Part shown: in pieces, positions 1 to 9,116 of the stretch
Position numbering within the stretch: the stretch's first letter is position 1
Layout: every line of letters begins with the position of its first letter
Source of the DNA: Candidatus Obscuribacterales bacterium
GTDB taxonomy: Bacteria; Cyanobacteriota; Vampirovibrionia; Obscuribacterales; Obscuribacteraceae
Assembly: GCA_965228855.1 (NCBI GenBank)
Contig: CBDDIJ010000003.1
Location: 1,376,001 to 1,440,000, forward strand
Direction: 5' to 3'
DNA: 64,000 nt
Notes under the pieces: generated by a model
Seen by the model: only the letters and a program-made list of their open reading frames with translations
Told to the model about the DNA's origin: nothing
Databases searched by the model: none
Position numbers and translations under genes: made by a program

Positions 1-2185
1 CTTTAACGACAAGGTTGGTGACACGGAAATTCCGAAGAGCGGGTGACTGTTTTTCAATCACATTAATTTCTCCCTCATGCTCAAGTGGAATGGTGATTTG
101 CTTCAGGCGACCGACAATTACTTTCTTTTCTGCCACCTTAATTAATCCGCCAGCCACCTTGCTCCAATCCAAGTTTATGTCATCTGGAATTGGTAGTTTC
201 ATGGAAACGTCGTATTTGAGCAGTTCTTCTTTCGAGTCGCTGTTCTTTTCAAAGCTGTAGTTTACCAAACCATCGCCTTTGAGATGACCGGAAATTCTCC
301 ACGGGCAGGTTTCGAACTCATTCTTGTTGAAAATAATTCCTGCTTTTTCAACGGTGCCGTCTAATACGACGTCACCACTCGCGGTGAATGCTAGCTTACC
401 CGGTCCTGCAGCGCGCATATCCTCAATCTTCAAATTGGTGACTTTGACGTCCTTGGCTACAGCGTTTCGGTATCGCCAGGTTTTGTCTTCCCTGATCGTT
501 TTATTCAGCTTCATCTCGAATGTTGATGGAATGCGCTGGCGAATCGCATCTTTGAGCGGCTCGTCAGGAACTAGAATGCTGCACTGTTTAACCGACATGC
601 GCATTTTTCCCTCGTGAACGGCCACGTCCAATCCTTTTGCGATTACGTTGGCCGGATAGCCGTTGAGCAATTTCAGGTCTTTCAACTTGAATACGAGGTC
701 GCTGTTCAATTGAATGTCTTTGTCCACATCAATTAAAAGTTTGCCAGACAGGTCAGCCAGATCGATCTGCCCCTTTCTTGTTTTTAGATTGGCGTTTCCA
801 AACTTCAGGTTCACTGGAAGCTTGACGTGAGCGGCATCTTTATCGCCAGTCTTGGCCAGCAGCATTTCGTCCGGTACTGTCATCGTGGAGTCTTCGCCGC
901 AGTCGAGAACGAATCTGCTGTCGTTGGATTTCAGGTCAATTTGCCGCACATTAGCTACTCCACCTTCCAGCTGGAAGTTCATGGCGCCCTCTTTTGAGTA
1001 ATCGCTTGGTCCGACCGTGACGTTCGCCAAACTCAAAATTAATTTCGTTTTGTTTTTGGCAATGATAATCTGACCGGTTTCCGCATGAGCAGCGCCGGTT
1101 GTTTTGAAAACAGTCTCCCGTCCCTCTTTCTTGATGTTTACCGCCAGATAACCCGGTACCTTGTCAGGGAAATGTCCGAGAGTCTGATGAATATCGGTTT
1201 TTAAATTGAGATCGGTGCCAACGAAATTCAAATCGGAAACCAGATGCAGCGTCGGATGTTCTTCTTCCTTGATATGCTGCCATGTGAATTCTTTGACGTC
1301 ACCGATGACGGTGGCACTGGACGTGCTGGATCGTTTGTCCTTGCCGAAACGCACAATGCAATTGCGGAGCAGAACTGGCTTATTCTCAGCGTTCTTTCCC
1401 TCCGGTAGATTCAAAACAAGTTTGTCATTAGTCTTCTTTGCAGAAAAAACAGAATGCAGTTTTCCTCCATCAAATTCACAGTCGACCTTTTCGCCGATCC
1501 ATTTGCATCCATTTGCGAAATTAAGCATCAAATGCACGTTTCCAACATAATTCAGCTCATCATCCACTTCGGCATTGGTCAGTCGAACATGTGAATCAGG
1601 ACCGATGTGGATTGATTTTTTTCCTAGTTTCATAGTCGACGATGGTCTCAAGTCGAGTTGCACCTCGTCAATTTTCATAGTTTCAATCATGTCTTTCATG
1701 TCGCCGCTCATGGCGCCGACCTGAATAAGGTTTAGAAAGAAGGCACCGACGCTGCGCGCCAAATCGACATGGACACTCACGGTTCCTTGCTTGAGCTCGA
1801 TGGTTTTCGGCACCGGAACCGCATTGAAGCTCAGCTGATTTGAGGTCCACAGTTCGCCGCTCGCATTTGCCGTCGATAGAACGGCAGGATTTTCGATCGG
1901 CAAAGAGAGCGAAATATTGAACTGCGTGTTTGGCGGTATGCTGACAAGCGAGTTTTTGATGAAGAATGTGCCTGGTTTGAATTCACCCGATGCCACAATC
2001 TCGAGATTGGACGTGACGTTTGTAAAACGCCGTATATCTGGATCTTGAATCTTTACCTCGAAGCCGGCTTTGATCTCAGGTTCTTTTCGAGTGTTGGCGC
2101 AGCCGCCGACGAATACGAATGAGAACATGAGCAAGATGCAAAGGCAGCGCGAGAGATTTTGCTTTGTCTTCGTGATTCTGTTCAT
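1..2185 (-). CDS. Large beta-rich lipoprotein of unknown function (partial, runs off the left edge, >728 aa)
   Basis: Manual translation from ATG at 2185 gives MNRITKTKQNLSRCLCILLMFSFVFVGG-C (lipobox-like), and the frame stays open to base 1. It is absent from the ORF track because its stop lies outside the window. Confidence 0.8.
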   Translation of the reverse strand, partial: MNRITKTKQNLSRCLCILLMFSFVFVGGCANTRKEPEIKAGFEVKIQDPDIRRFTNVTSNLEIVASGEFKPGTFFIKNSLVSIPPNTQFNISLSLPIENPAVLSTANASGELWTSNQLSFNAVPVPKTIELKQGTVSVHVDLARSVGAFFLNLIQVGAMSGDMKDMIETMKIDEVQLDLRPSSTMKLGKKSIHIGPDSHVRLTNAEVDDELNYVGNVHLMLNFANGCKWIGEKVDCEFDGGKLHSVFSAKKTNDKLVLNLPEGKNAENKPVLLRNCIVRFGKDKRSSTSSATVIGDVKEFTWQHIKEEEHPTLHLVSDLNFVGTDLNLKTDIHQTLGHFPDKVPGYLAVNIKKEGRETVFKTTGAAHAETGQIIIAKNKTKLILSLANVTVGPSDYSKEGAMNFQLEGGVANVRQIDLKSNDSRFVLDCGEDSTMTVPDEMLLAKTGDKDAAHVKLPVNLKFGNANLKTRKGQIDLADLSGKLLIDVDKDIQLNSDLVFKLKDLKLLNGYPANVIAKGLDVAVHEGKMRMSVKQCSILVPDEPLKDAIRQRIPSTFEMKLNKTIREDKTWRYRNAVAKDVKVTNLKIEDMRAAGPGKLAFTASGDVVLDGTVEKAGIIFNKNEFETCPWRISGHLKGDGLVNYSFEKNSDSKEELLKYDVSMKLPIPDDINLDWSKVAGGLIKVAEKKVIVGRLKQITIPLEHEGEINVIEKQSPALRNFRVTNLVVK

Positions 2186-2294
2186 ACAAACTATGTTTGC
2201 CGCAGTCCTATATATAGCTTATTCACGGTCCCGTATGCCGAACCGACTGTCCGGCATCTGCGCTTTGTTACATCAGGGGTGACGGATGGGAATT

Positions 2295-2612
2295 GCTGTT
2301 GAAAACTGTTTCGGAAAGCAGTGCAGCCAGAAAGTCTTTTACTGAATATCTGTAATTGTGCAGGAGACACCCTCTCCTGTGGATAGGAGAAGAAAGGACC
2401 TGTTCAGTAAACTCGCTTCACTCTGCCTAATCGTATTGCTAAATTAGTAGCAACTGTACTCCGACAGCGGGAACTTACAAACAGTAGGTATGTTCAAGCA
2501 GTTCTTGCGACTCGTACAGCACATTTTTTTTTTGTGCTCGGCGCTGACCTCGCTCAGTGCATTACGAGACCGGGCAGGCTCCAGGCACGCTCGGTTTTTG
2601 GTTTCAAACAGC
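2295..2612 (+). ncRNA. Candidate structured ncRNA or leader RNA upstream of the TROVE-like vWA gene
   Basis: At least eight stems found by eye, several with G-U pairs on the + strand, plus end-to-end pairing of 2295-2306 with 2601-2612. No known family recognised. Confidence 0.4.
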
Positions 2613-2647
2613 TGAAAACCTGGCTTAAAATACTGAGGAGGTGCGCA

Positions 2648-4225
2648 ATGTCACCTAGAAAGAGAACTCAACAACGGGCAAACCCGAACGCTCCCGGTGC
2701 AAGCGAACTCGCGAATTTCGAGCGCTTGATTGAGCGTGCGCGTCTCGGCATGCCTGAACAGGACTATCGCCTAAACATATTGAATGTAATGCTGCGTACG
2801 CCGCATCGTAATGTGGCACCATATATGCCACTATTTGCTGATGTACACGAACGCGATCCATTGTTCTTTGTGCGACTGGCCGCATGGTACAACGAGGTCG
2901 GTGCTGTGCATGACTTGAAGCAGTTGTTCATTGCGTTCCTGGCGACCTCCAAGTTCTCTGACGAATTCCGGGAAACGGGTCTGGCGCTTCTGGAAAAGTT
3001 GCCTCCCTATCAGGTAGAACGGGTCACTCGCATGATCAAGGGCTATCTGGATGGCAAGACATTTGTCCCGGGTATTGGCTCTGTGCCACGCTCTTACAAA
3101 ACTGCCGTCGAAAATTATTTGAAGCAACGGGAGGCTGACCCCAAGGTCTTCGATGCTGCTGTGCTGCATGCCCGCAAACCACTGAAGACGCTCTACGCTT
3201 CATTACGAATCAAGCCAGGTCCGTACGCTCAGCGTGTATTGTTTGAAAACGATCCGCCTGAAGGTAGTCGACTTGCTGTCCTCAAGCAACTGGCAAAGGT
3301 AGGGGACCCTGCCGAACAAGCGCGCTTGATTGTGGAGAACAAGCTGCCATATAGAACTGCGGTTTCAACGATCAAGGCGATGACTCCATCTGTTCTTGTT
3401 GCTTTGATCAATGCAATGACCCCGCAAGAGGTCATCAATAACCTTGCCAGCTTGAAAGCGCGTGGTGCAATGGATAACGAAGATCTTCGCAAGATGATCG
3501 AACGTAAGCTTGAAGCAGCGAAAACCGACTCTCGAGTTTCAGCACTGAAGACTAGAGAGGCAATCAAAGTCGCGAATCTCGATGACGCGATGGCGCAGAA
3601 GGTTCAAACGGTTGGCGATGTGCAGATCAAGGCAAAGGGTAAGATATCTCGTGCTACCGCTTTGATCGTCGACAAGAGTTCATCTATGGATGAGGCAATC
3701 AATCTTGGAAAAATGATTGCCAGCATTCTTGCACCAATTTGCGAAAAGGATCTGTTCGTCTATGCCTTCGACACAATGGCTTATCCCATTGTTTCCAAAG
3801 GTAAGGAACTGTCCGACTGGGAAAAGGCGTTTAAAGGTATCATTTCCAGCGGTGCCACTTCCAATGGTGTCGCAATTGACGCCATGATTCGCAAGAATGA
3901 ATTCGTTGAGCAGATCGTTATGGTCACTGACCAGGAAGAGAACACACCGCCTTTGATGCTGCAAGCGTTGCGTGCCTACGAAAAGAAGTTCGAGGTCATG
4001 CCTGATGTGCTCTTCGTTAACGTCGGTCGAGCATATAGACCTACTCTTTTCGACCAGCTTACACGCGAGGGTATCATGGCTGAAAATTACGTTTTCACCG
4101 GCGACTACTATAGTCTGCCTGGATTGATTCCCCTCATCTCTGGTGGTACACGCTTGGACCTGCTGACCGAAATCATGAACTTCCCACTGCCTGAGAGAAA
4201 AACTCCGGCATTGAGTAAGAACTGA
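2648..4225 (+). CDS. Ro60/TROVE-like helical protein with C-terminal vWA domain
   Basis: SD GAGGAG at 2635-2640 before ATG 2648. Helical N-terminal region (DPLFFVRLAAWY, LINAMTPQEVINNLASL) followed by vWA MIDAS DKSSSM, GATS and VTDQEEN. Confidence 0.75.
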   Translation: MSPRKRTQQRANPNAPGASELANFERLIERARLGMPEQDYRLNILNVMLRTPHRNVAPYMPLFADVHERDPLFFVRLAAWYNEVGAVHDLKQLFIAFLATSKFSDEFRETGLALLEKLPPYQVERVTRMIKGYLDGKTFVPGIGSVPRSYKTAVENYLKQREADPKVFDAAVLHARKPLKTLYASLRIKPGPYAQRVLFENDPPEGSRLAVLKQLAKVGDPAEQARLIVENKLPYRTAVSTIKAMTPSVLVALINAMTPQEVINNLASLKARGAMDNEDLRKMIERKLEAAKTDSRVSALKTREAIKVANLDDAMAQKVQTVGDVQIKAKGKISRATALIVDKSSSMDEAINLGKMIASILAPICEKDLFVYAFDTMAYPIVSKGKELSDWEKAFKGIISSGATSNGVAIDAMIRKNEFVEQIVMVTDQEENTPPLMLQALRAYEKKFEVMPDVLFVNVGRAYRPTLFDQLTREGIMAENYVFTGDYYSLPGLIPLISGGTRLDLLTEIMNFPLPERKTPALSKN

Positions 4226-5409
4226 TGCCAGACAATAGAGGCATGTCAGAATGTGGAGTGCTTGTCGAACTCGATATAGACGGCGCTTCGTCTGGCGCGC
4301 TACAGGATAGGACCTTCGTCGTCAAAGATTTGTTTGATGTCGAAGGTCTTGTCACAGGTGGCGGTAATCCTGATTGGAAGCGAGCGCAAACGGCCGCGAC
4401 TGCGCACGCAGCTGCCGTTAAGAGTTTGCTTGACGCTGGAGCTCGCTTAAATGGGAAGACATGCACCGACGAACTGGCGCTCAGTCTGGACGGAATAAAC
4501 CCTTATTATGGAACTCCAATCAATACTCAGCTGCCTGAGAGGATACCGGGAGGTTCTTCCAGTGGATCGGCAAGCGCTGTTGCCGCAGGTTATGCAGACT
4601 TTGGCCTGGGAACTGACACGGTCGGTTCGATTCGTGTTCCCTCTAGTTATTGTGGTCTATTTGGCTTTCGCCCCACCCACGGTATCATAGATTTGACGGG
4701 ATGCATGCCGCTTGGGCAGTCATTCGATACCGCTGGCTGGCTCACCCGCGATGCGGATTTACTCTACTTGGTCGGCAAAGTTTTACTTCCTGAAAAAGCG
4801 TCCGAGCCGATTGAGCGGATTGTTCGCTTGTTCAAATTATTCGAAAGCCTTTCGCCGGAGATAAGAGAGCCGTTTCGAACTGCCTGCCATGCAATTGCTG
4901 AGCAATCGTTCCAGATTAACAGAGGTGTTATCGAGGATGAAGTTATCGAAACGTGTGTTTCAGATTTCGCCATCGTACGCAGTCGAGAAGCATGGGCAAA
5001 TTATGGAAATTGGATTGTCTCCCAGGCGCCTAGAATCTCCGCTTCGGTAGAACAGCGTCTGCTTGATGGCAGGAATATCACGCTGGAAGATGAGCTTAAG
5101 GCACGCGAAACTCTGCGCAGGCAAACCCTATTTCTCGAGGATTACCTGACCACGGCAGGAGCGCTGTTGCTCCCGACGACCAGCGGTTTTCCTCCATTGA
5201 AGACCGCGTCGAATAATGAGCTCGATGAGAACAGAAGGCGAAATATTCGCCTTACGGTTTTAGCTACGGTCGCCGGACTTCCTCAAGTTTCGATTCCTGT
5301 CGAGGTCGCTCCAGGAATTAACCTGGGGATCTCAATCATCGGACCGCGTGGACGAGATCTCGATTTGCTGAAGTTTGCAAAAGCGGTATCGCTCGCGCAT
5401 TCGCATTGA
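4225..5409 (+). CDS. Amidase signature family amidase
   Basis: VKDLF, PGGSSSGSASAV and GTDTVGSIRVP (Ser-cisSer-Lys triad motifs). TGATG stop/start overlap with the upstream gene. Confidence 0.92.
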   Translation: MPDNRGMSECGVLVELDIDGASSGALQDRTFVVKDLFDVEGLVTGGGNPDWKRAQTAATAHAAAVKSLLDAGARLNGKTCTDELALSLDGINPYYGTPINTQLPERIPGGSSSGSASAVAAGYADFGLGTDTVGSIRVPSSYCGLFGFRPTHGIIDLTGCMPLGQSFDTAGWLTRDADLLYLVGKVLLPEKASEPIERIVRLFKLFESLSPEIREPFRTACHAIAEQSFQINRGVIEDEVIETCVSDFAIVRSREAWANYGNWIVSQAPRISASVEQRLLDGRNITLEDELKARETLRRQTLFLEDYLTTAGALLLPTTSGFPPLKTASNNELDENRRRNIRLTVLATVAGLPQVSIPVEVAPGINLGISIIGPRGRDLDLLKFAKAVSLAHSH

Positions 5410-5446
5410 TGCGGTTTTGGCAAGGCGAACTTTTTGAACGTTCTTT

Positions 5447-6019
5447 CTAGTATGCCCGTTTTAAAATTCTAGCCAGCTCGTCTGAAAAGGCGTTAGGCGG
5501 ATAGAAACCGGTCAAGCGACCCCGTTCCTTTCCGGTCGTCGCGTCGACAATTAGGGTTGTTGGATACACTTGAATGCCGTATTGGCTTTTGACGTTGGTG
5601 CCTGGTCCTCGCTCACCATCGGTCTTCATGCAGATGAACGTTCTATTGATGTAATTAATGATGGCTGGGTTGGAGTAGCACTGCTGTTCTAGTTTTAAAC
5701 ATTCGGAGCATCCTTGTGTCGTCATGTTTATGAGAACCGGCTTGTGCTGCATCTTGCCGTATTGCAGAGTGGTTTTATAGTCATTTTGCCAGGGAATTGT
5801 CGTCGGCCAGGCAACCTTCTTCGTAGCTGCCGGAGCCTTGGCGACGAGTGTTCCGTCTTTTGCTTCAGCGTTCACTGCTTCTGGTGTAGCTATCAGGCTG
5901 GTTAACAAAACGCAGACTGCTGCAATTAATTGAATTGATTGAGTTGCTGATTTGATTACTGATTTCATTAAGGAGAACCCGAACGAAGGACTGACCTCAT
6001 TATGCCCAGGATTGGACAT
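5447..6019 (-). CDS. Exported thioredoxin-family protein (SoxW/DsbD-gamma-like)
   Basis: Hydrophobic signal region, KPVLI-CSEC motif, YPT cis-Pro motif. Confidence 0.8.
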   Translation of the reverse strand: MSNPGHNEVSPSFGFSLMKSVIKSATQSIQLIAAVCVLLTSLIATPEAVNAEAKDGTLVAKAPAATKKVAWPTTIPWQNDYKTTLQYGKMQHKPVLINMTTQGCSECLKLEQQCYSNPAIINYINRTFICMKTDGERGPGTNVKSQYGIQVYPTTLIVDATTGKERGRLTGFYPPNAFSDELARILKRAY

Positions 6020-6024
6020 AAAAT

Positions 6025-6591
6025 TTAGGTGTCTGGGTTTTCGCCGGCGACGCTGCTGTTTGAGATAAGGTCGTGCAAGCAGCTATTTCTATTAGTTCCA
6101 AACAGAGGCAGGGAGAGAGTAAGTGCAGAGATGAGTTTCGCTGCGTGTCGAATCGATGCCGAAACAAAATCGATAGATCTGCCATTCGGACCGACGACTG
6201 CCAGTTCCATGAAGACTTTTCCGGGCGTCCCTCTTGTCGGAGATGATTCGAACATCGAGAAATAGAGCCAGTTTGCTGAGATTATCGTGACAAAAAAGAT
6301 ATTTGCAAGGGTTGCAGTTTGCATGGGAAAAGCGTCGGCAAAGTTTAGATATATCAAGGCTGCCGGCGCAGCGAACACACATAGTCCGTCCAGAATAAAC
6401 AGTGGGAAAGTGCAAAAAATTTGAAACCAGTGCACCGGGGTAGCATCGAGGAGTCCGCTCGCCATGCCGATCACCCAGAAAGCGTACATCAAAATGCTAT
6501 CGATGATCGCAATCAACAACGCGTCGATCAATTTTGCAATCAACCTGGGAACTATTGCCGAATGTGGCTTGCTGTGCGTGGAAACCGTCAT
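6025..6591 (-). CDS. RDD family membrane protein
   Basis: RLIAKLID, TPGK..MEL.VV and HDLIS motifs; several TM segments. Confidence 0.85.
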   Translation of the reverse strand: MTVSTHSKPHSAIVPRLIAKLIDALLIAIIDSILMYAFWVIGMASGLLDATPVHWFQIFCTFPLFILDGLCVFAAPAALIYLNFADAFPMQTATLANIFFVTIISANWLYFSMFESSPTRGTPGKVFMELAVVGPNGRSIDFVSASIRHAAKLISALTLSLPLFGTNRNSCLHDLISNSSVAGENPDT

Positions 6592-6731
6592 CAATATCTA
6601 AATAACCAGGTATTTTCTTGCGGCGATCACGAATCAGATCGGGGGTTGGGTACTAATTGTTCACATCATCGAAGGTAGATTCAATATGCCCCAAATACCT
6701 CACACCCCGCCGATTTTTCCAGGAGTTTACC

Positions 6732-7619
6732 ATGTCCTTTGATAGTGCCGCATCAACTGGTGGCGAATGCATTGCAACCCGTCAGGCTTTTACCAATTTT
6801 AATTCTTGTGACTCCAGTACTGTTTTTACAGACAATAAAAGTGATACCGCATCTGCCACTGCTCTGAATAAACTTCCGGTAGTCGAACTTGACGGTTCTG
6901 CGGAGCCGCACCGGACCGCGGAGCAATTTGCACTCGCGAAGGGAAACTCCGGACCCGGTGTTCTGCCGGATTTTCGCGATTTCCCACCGCCAATGCCATC
7001 GGTTGTGAGACCAGACTCGGCAGTCATTCCCAAAGACGCGGCAATTCGTCCAGGAGCGATAGCACCTGCGCCGATGGTGGGCTCATTCACGGCCGAGCAG
7101 GTCAGACTAGTTTTAGCCGATCGAGATCGGGCCCTTGCGCTTCATAGAGGGCAGCAACCACGCGACCTCCCTGTGCCCGGAGTCAGTCCGATTGCGCCAG
7201 CGCCGGACCGGCTGTTTCCGGGATTGCCAAAACCTGATGGACAGCATGACCCAACAGATAGGCGACCGAGCAAAGTGGAGTTTATCGACAACTTCGACGC
7301 CGCCAGGCAAGCTGCGCTCGATAGCGGCAGACCACTCATCATCAGCTTTTCCAAGCCGGGCTGCGGTGCTTGCACACAACTCGACAGTCAAGCGTGGCCA
7401 AATCAAACTGCCCTCGTAAATGACAATGCAATCAGAGTGAAGCTGAATGGATCCAGAAATCAGGAGCTCGCTCAAAGATATGGCGTGAGCGCCTATCCGA
7501 CAACTGTTATCGTAAATCCGAGGAATATGGATGTCCTTCAGAAGGCCCGCGGGGCAATCAGTTCTGCGGAGCTATCCGGCATGTTGCAGGATGCATTCCG
7601 GAAGTATCGCGGTGGATAA
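6732..7619 (+). CDS. Pro-rich protein with C-terminal thioredoxin-like domain
   Basis: AGGAG at 6721 before ATG 6732; RPLIISFSKPGCGAC and YPTTVI motifs. Confidence 0.8.
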   Translation: MSFDSAASTGGECIATRQAFTNFNSCDSSTVFTDNKSDTASATALNKLPVVELDGSAEPHRTAEQFALAKGNSGPGVLPDFRDFPPPMPSVVRPDSAVIPKDAAIRPGAIAPAPMVGSFTAEQVRLVLADRDRALALHRGQQPRDLPVPGVSPIAPAPDRLFPGLPKPDGQHDPTDRRPSKVEFIDNFDAARQAALDSGRPLIISFSKPGCGACTQLDSQAWPNQTALVNDNAIRVKLNGSRNQELAQRYGVSAYPTTVIVNPRNMDVLQKARGAISSAELSGMLQDAFRKYRGG

Positions 7620-7674
7620 TTCATCTGCAAGTCTGGCTGCCGATACTGCGTTTAGGGCCGGTCAAGCCGTGAGG

Positions 7675-8214
7675 CTACGACTTGTGGTAAGTGTTTTCGA
7701 CTGAATCTTTGATGTGGCTCAGTCTGCGCTTGATGTCTTTCTTGGTGCCCATCGCTGTCAGCTGTTTGGCAAACGGCACGTGCATCTGGGGTTCAACGTG
7801 TGATGACAGTTTAAGGCGAGTTGCCTTGCCTTCTTGAACCGGCTCCAACTCCCATGCTCCGTCGAATGCCTTGAATTTGTCCGAAGTGAGAATCTGGTAC
7901 TCGATTCGTTGTATCCCGACCTCGATTTCCTTGTAGCGACATACTACATCGCCCAGCACAGGTACGCCCTTGAAATTCTCTTCGAGAACGCACGATGTAG
8001 TATCCGCGGTCACCACTCTTCTGCGAGCCGGCTCCTGATACCGAGACTTCTTTATTGCGTTGAAAACAGCTGTGGGAGTGGCATTTACGACGATTGAGCC
8101 GCTAATGGCGTCGGCGTGCGGTTGAAAATTATCTGCTTCTGCTCGAGACTGACTGATTGCTGTGAGCACCGAGCATAGTACCACTGCAAATTTTACGCGC
8201 GCAAACATCTCCAC
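7675..8214 (-). CDS. SRPBCC/START-like (polyketide cyclase family) protein with signal peptide
   Basis: SIVVNATPTAVF, FKAFDGAWELEP and a C-terminal helix typical of the family. Confidence 0.75.
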   Translation of the reverse strand: MEMFARVKFAVVLCSVLTAISQSRAEADNFQPHADAISGSIVVNATPTAVFNAIKKSRYQEPARRRVVTADTTSCVLEENFKGVPVLGDVVCRYKEIEVGIQRIEYQILTSDKFKAFDGAWELEPVQEGKATRLKLSSHVEPQMHVPFAKQLTAMGTKKDIKRRLSHIKDSVENTYHKS

Positions 8215-8303
8215 GAACCCCGACTGTTAGCCCAACACCGACTCGCTAAAAAAGCTTATTCTGTCTATCTTATGCCCATCTTTCTATAAACCTACACACT
8301 TAA

Positions 8304-8349
8304 CTTGACAAAATTGAAGTTCTTGACAATAACTTTGCTTCAATGTCAA
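8304..8349. promoter_or_regulatory. Candidate operator/promoter with repeated TTGACA
   Basis: CTTGACAA at 8304 and 8322, plus TTGACA-N15-TGTCAA at 8323-8349, between divergent genes. Confidence 0.35.
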
Positions 8350-8422
8350 AGTAGAAATTAGAGCGGCCACAAATCGGTTCTTTTCCGCGAGGAGACCGAT
8401 TGTCTCTGTTCCTGCTGCGGAG

Positions 8423-9013
8423 ATGAACGGTATGGTGAAACATCTTCTTTTGCTCCTCGGCATCGCCGATGGCGCCAAGGTGGCTGATATCAAAAAACAC
8501 TATGCGCGTTTGTTGGACCGGCTCAGCAAGCGAGATACATTACCTCAGTCCGTGCATGATGACTTACAGCCGGCACGGCAACGACTGAGCGAATCATACG
8601 AACACTGGAAGAAAATCGGTGCCGTTGATGGCGATTCTGTTTATGATGCTTTGAACACGACGCCCAAACTTGGTCAAGTTTTAGTAGCTTCGGATATTCT
8701 CTCGCTAGGTGAAGTGATCGCAGTTTTGAAACTTCAGGAGGAGGCTCCAGGGCAGCGTTTTGGCGAACTGCTCGTGCAGACCGGTTTTATCACCGTCGAG
8801 GAATTAGATTACTTCTTACAGCTTCAACGTATCATCGAACTTCCTCTCGACCATCCGGAGAGGTGGGGACAGCGCCTGGTAGAGCTAGGTTTGATTTCGC
8901 AAGACCAACTCAAGGTTGCCTTGATCGAGCACCGAAGGGAAGGCAATTCGCTTCGATCTGCGATCATAAATAGAGGTTGGCTGACAAGCGAAGTGCTTGA
9001 CCGAATTTTCTGA
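8423..9013 (+). CDS. J-domain-like N-terminus fused to MshEN/T2SSE_N-like repeats
   Basis: LLGIADGAKVADIKKHY...LSESYE (J-like, no HPD), followed by KLGQVLV, RFGELLVQTG and RWGQRLVELG repeats. Confidence 0.7.
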   Translation: MNGMVKHLLLLLGIADGAKVADIKKHYARLLDRLSKRDTLPQSVHDDLQPARQRLSESYEHWKKIGAVDGDSVYDALNTTPKLGQVLVASDILSLGEVIAVLKLQEEAPGQRFGELLVQTGFITVEELDYFLQLQRIIELPLDHPERWGQRLVELGLISQDQLKVALIEHRREGNSLRSAIINRGWLTSEVLDRIF

Positions 9014-9116
9014 CAGGCATGGATAAGTAAGAATTTCGACGATTGCAAAGTGTTTGCAATGGCGGGCGCTATGGTATGAATTAATTGCCATAGTAAGTAT
9101 AGAGACAGTCGTCACC

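Noticed and set aside
15..2282. Short + strand ORFs (15-260, 324-617, 1206-1550, 2070-2282)
   Set aside because: Antisense shadows of the long minus-strand lipoprotein gene.
2272..2620. tmRNA, RNase P RNA or cobalamin riboswitch
   Set aside because: No tRNA-like acceptor/T-arm 3' end and no GAGGAAAGUCC. The B12-like fragments (AGCCAGAA, GCAACTGT) are in the wrong order.
2534..2647. N-terminal extension of the vWA ORF from GTG 2534
   Set aside because: A strong SD precedes ATG 2648, and the extension overlaps the structured region.
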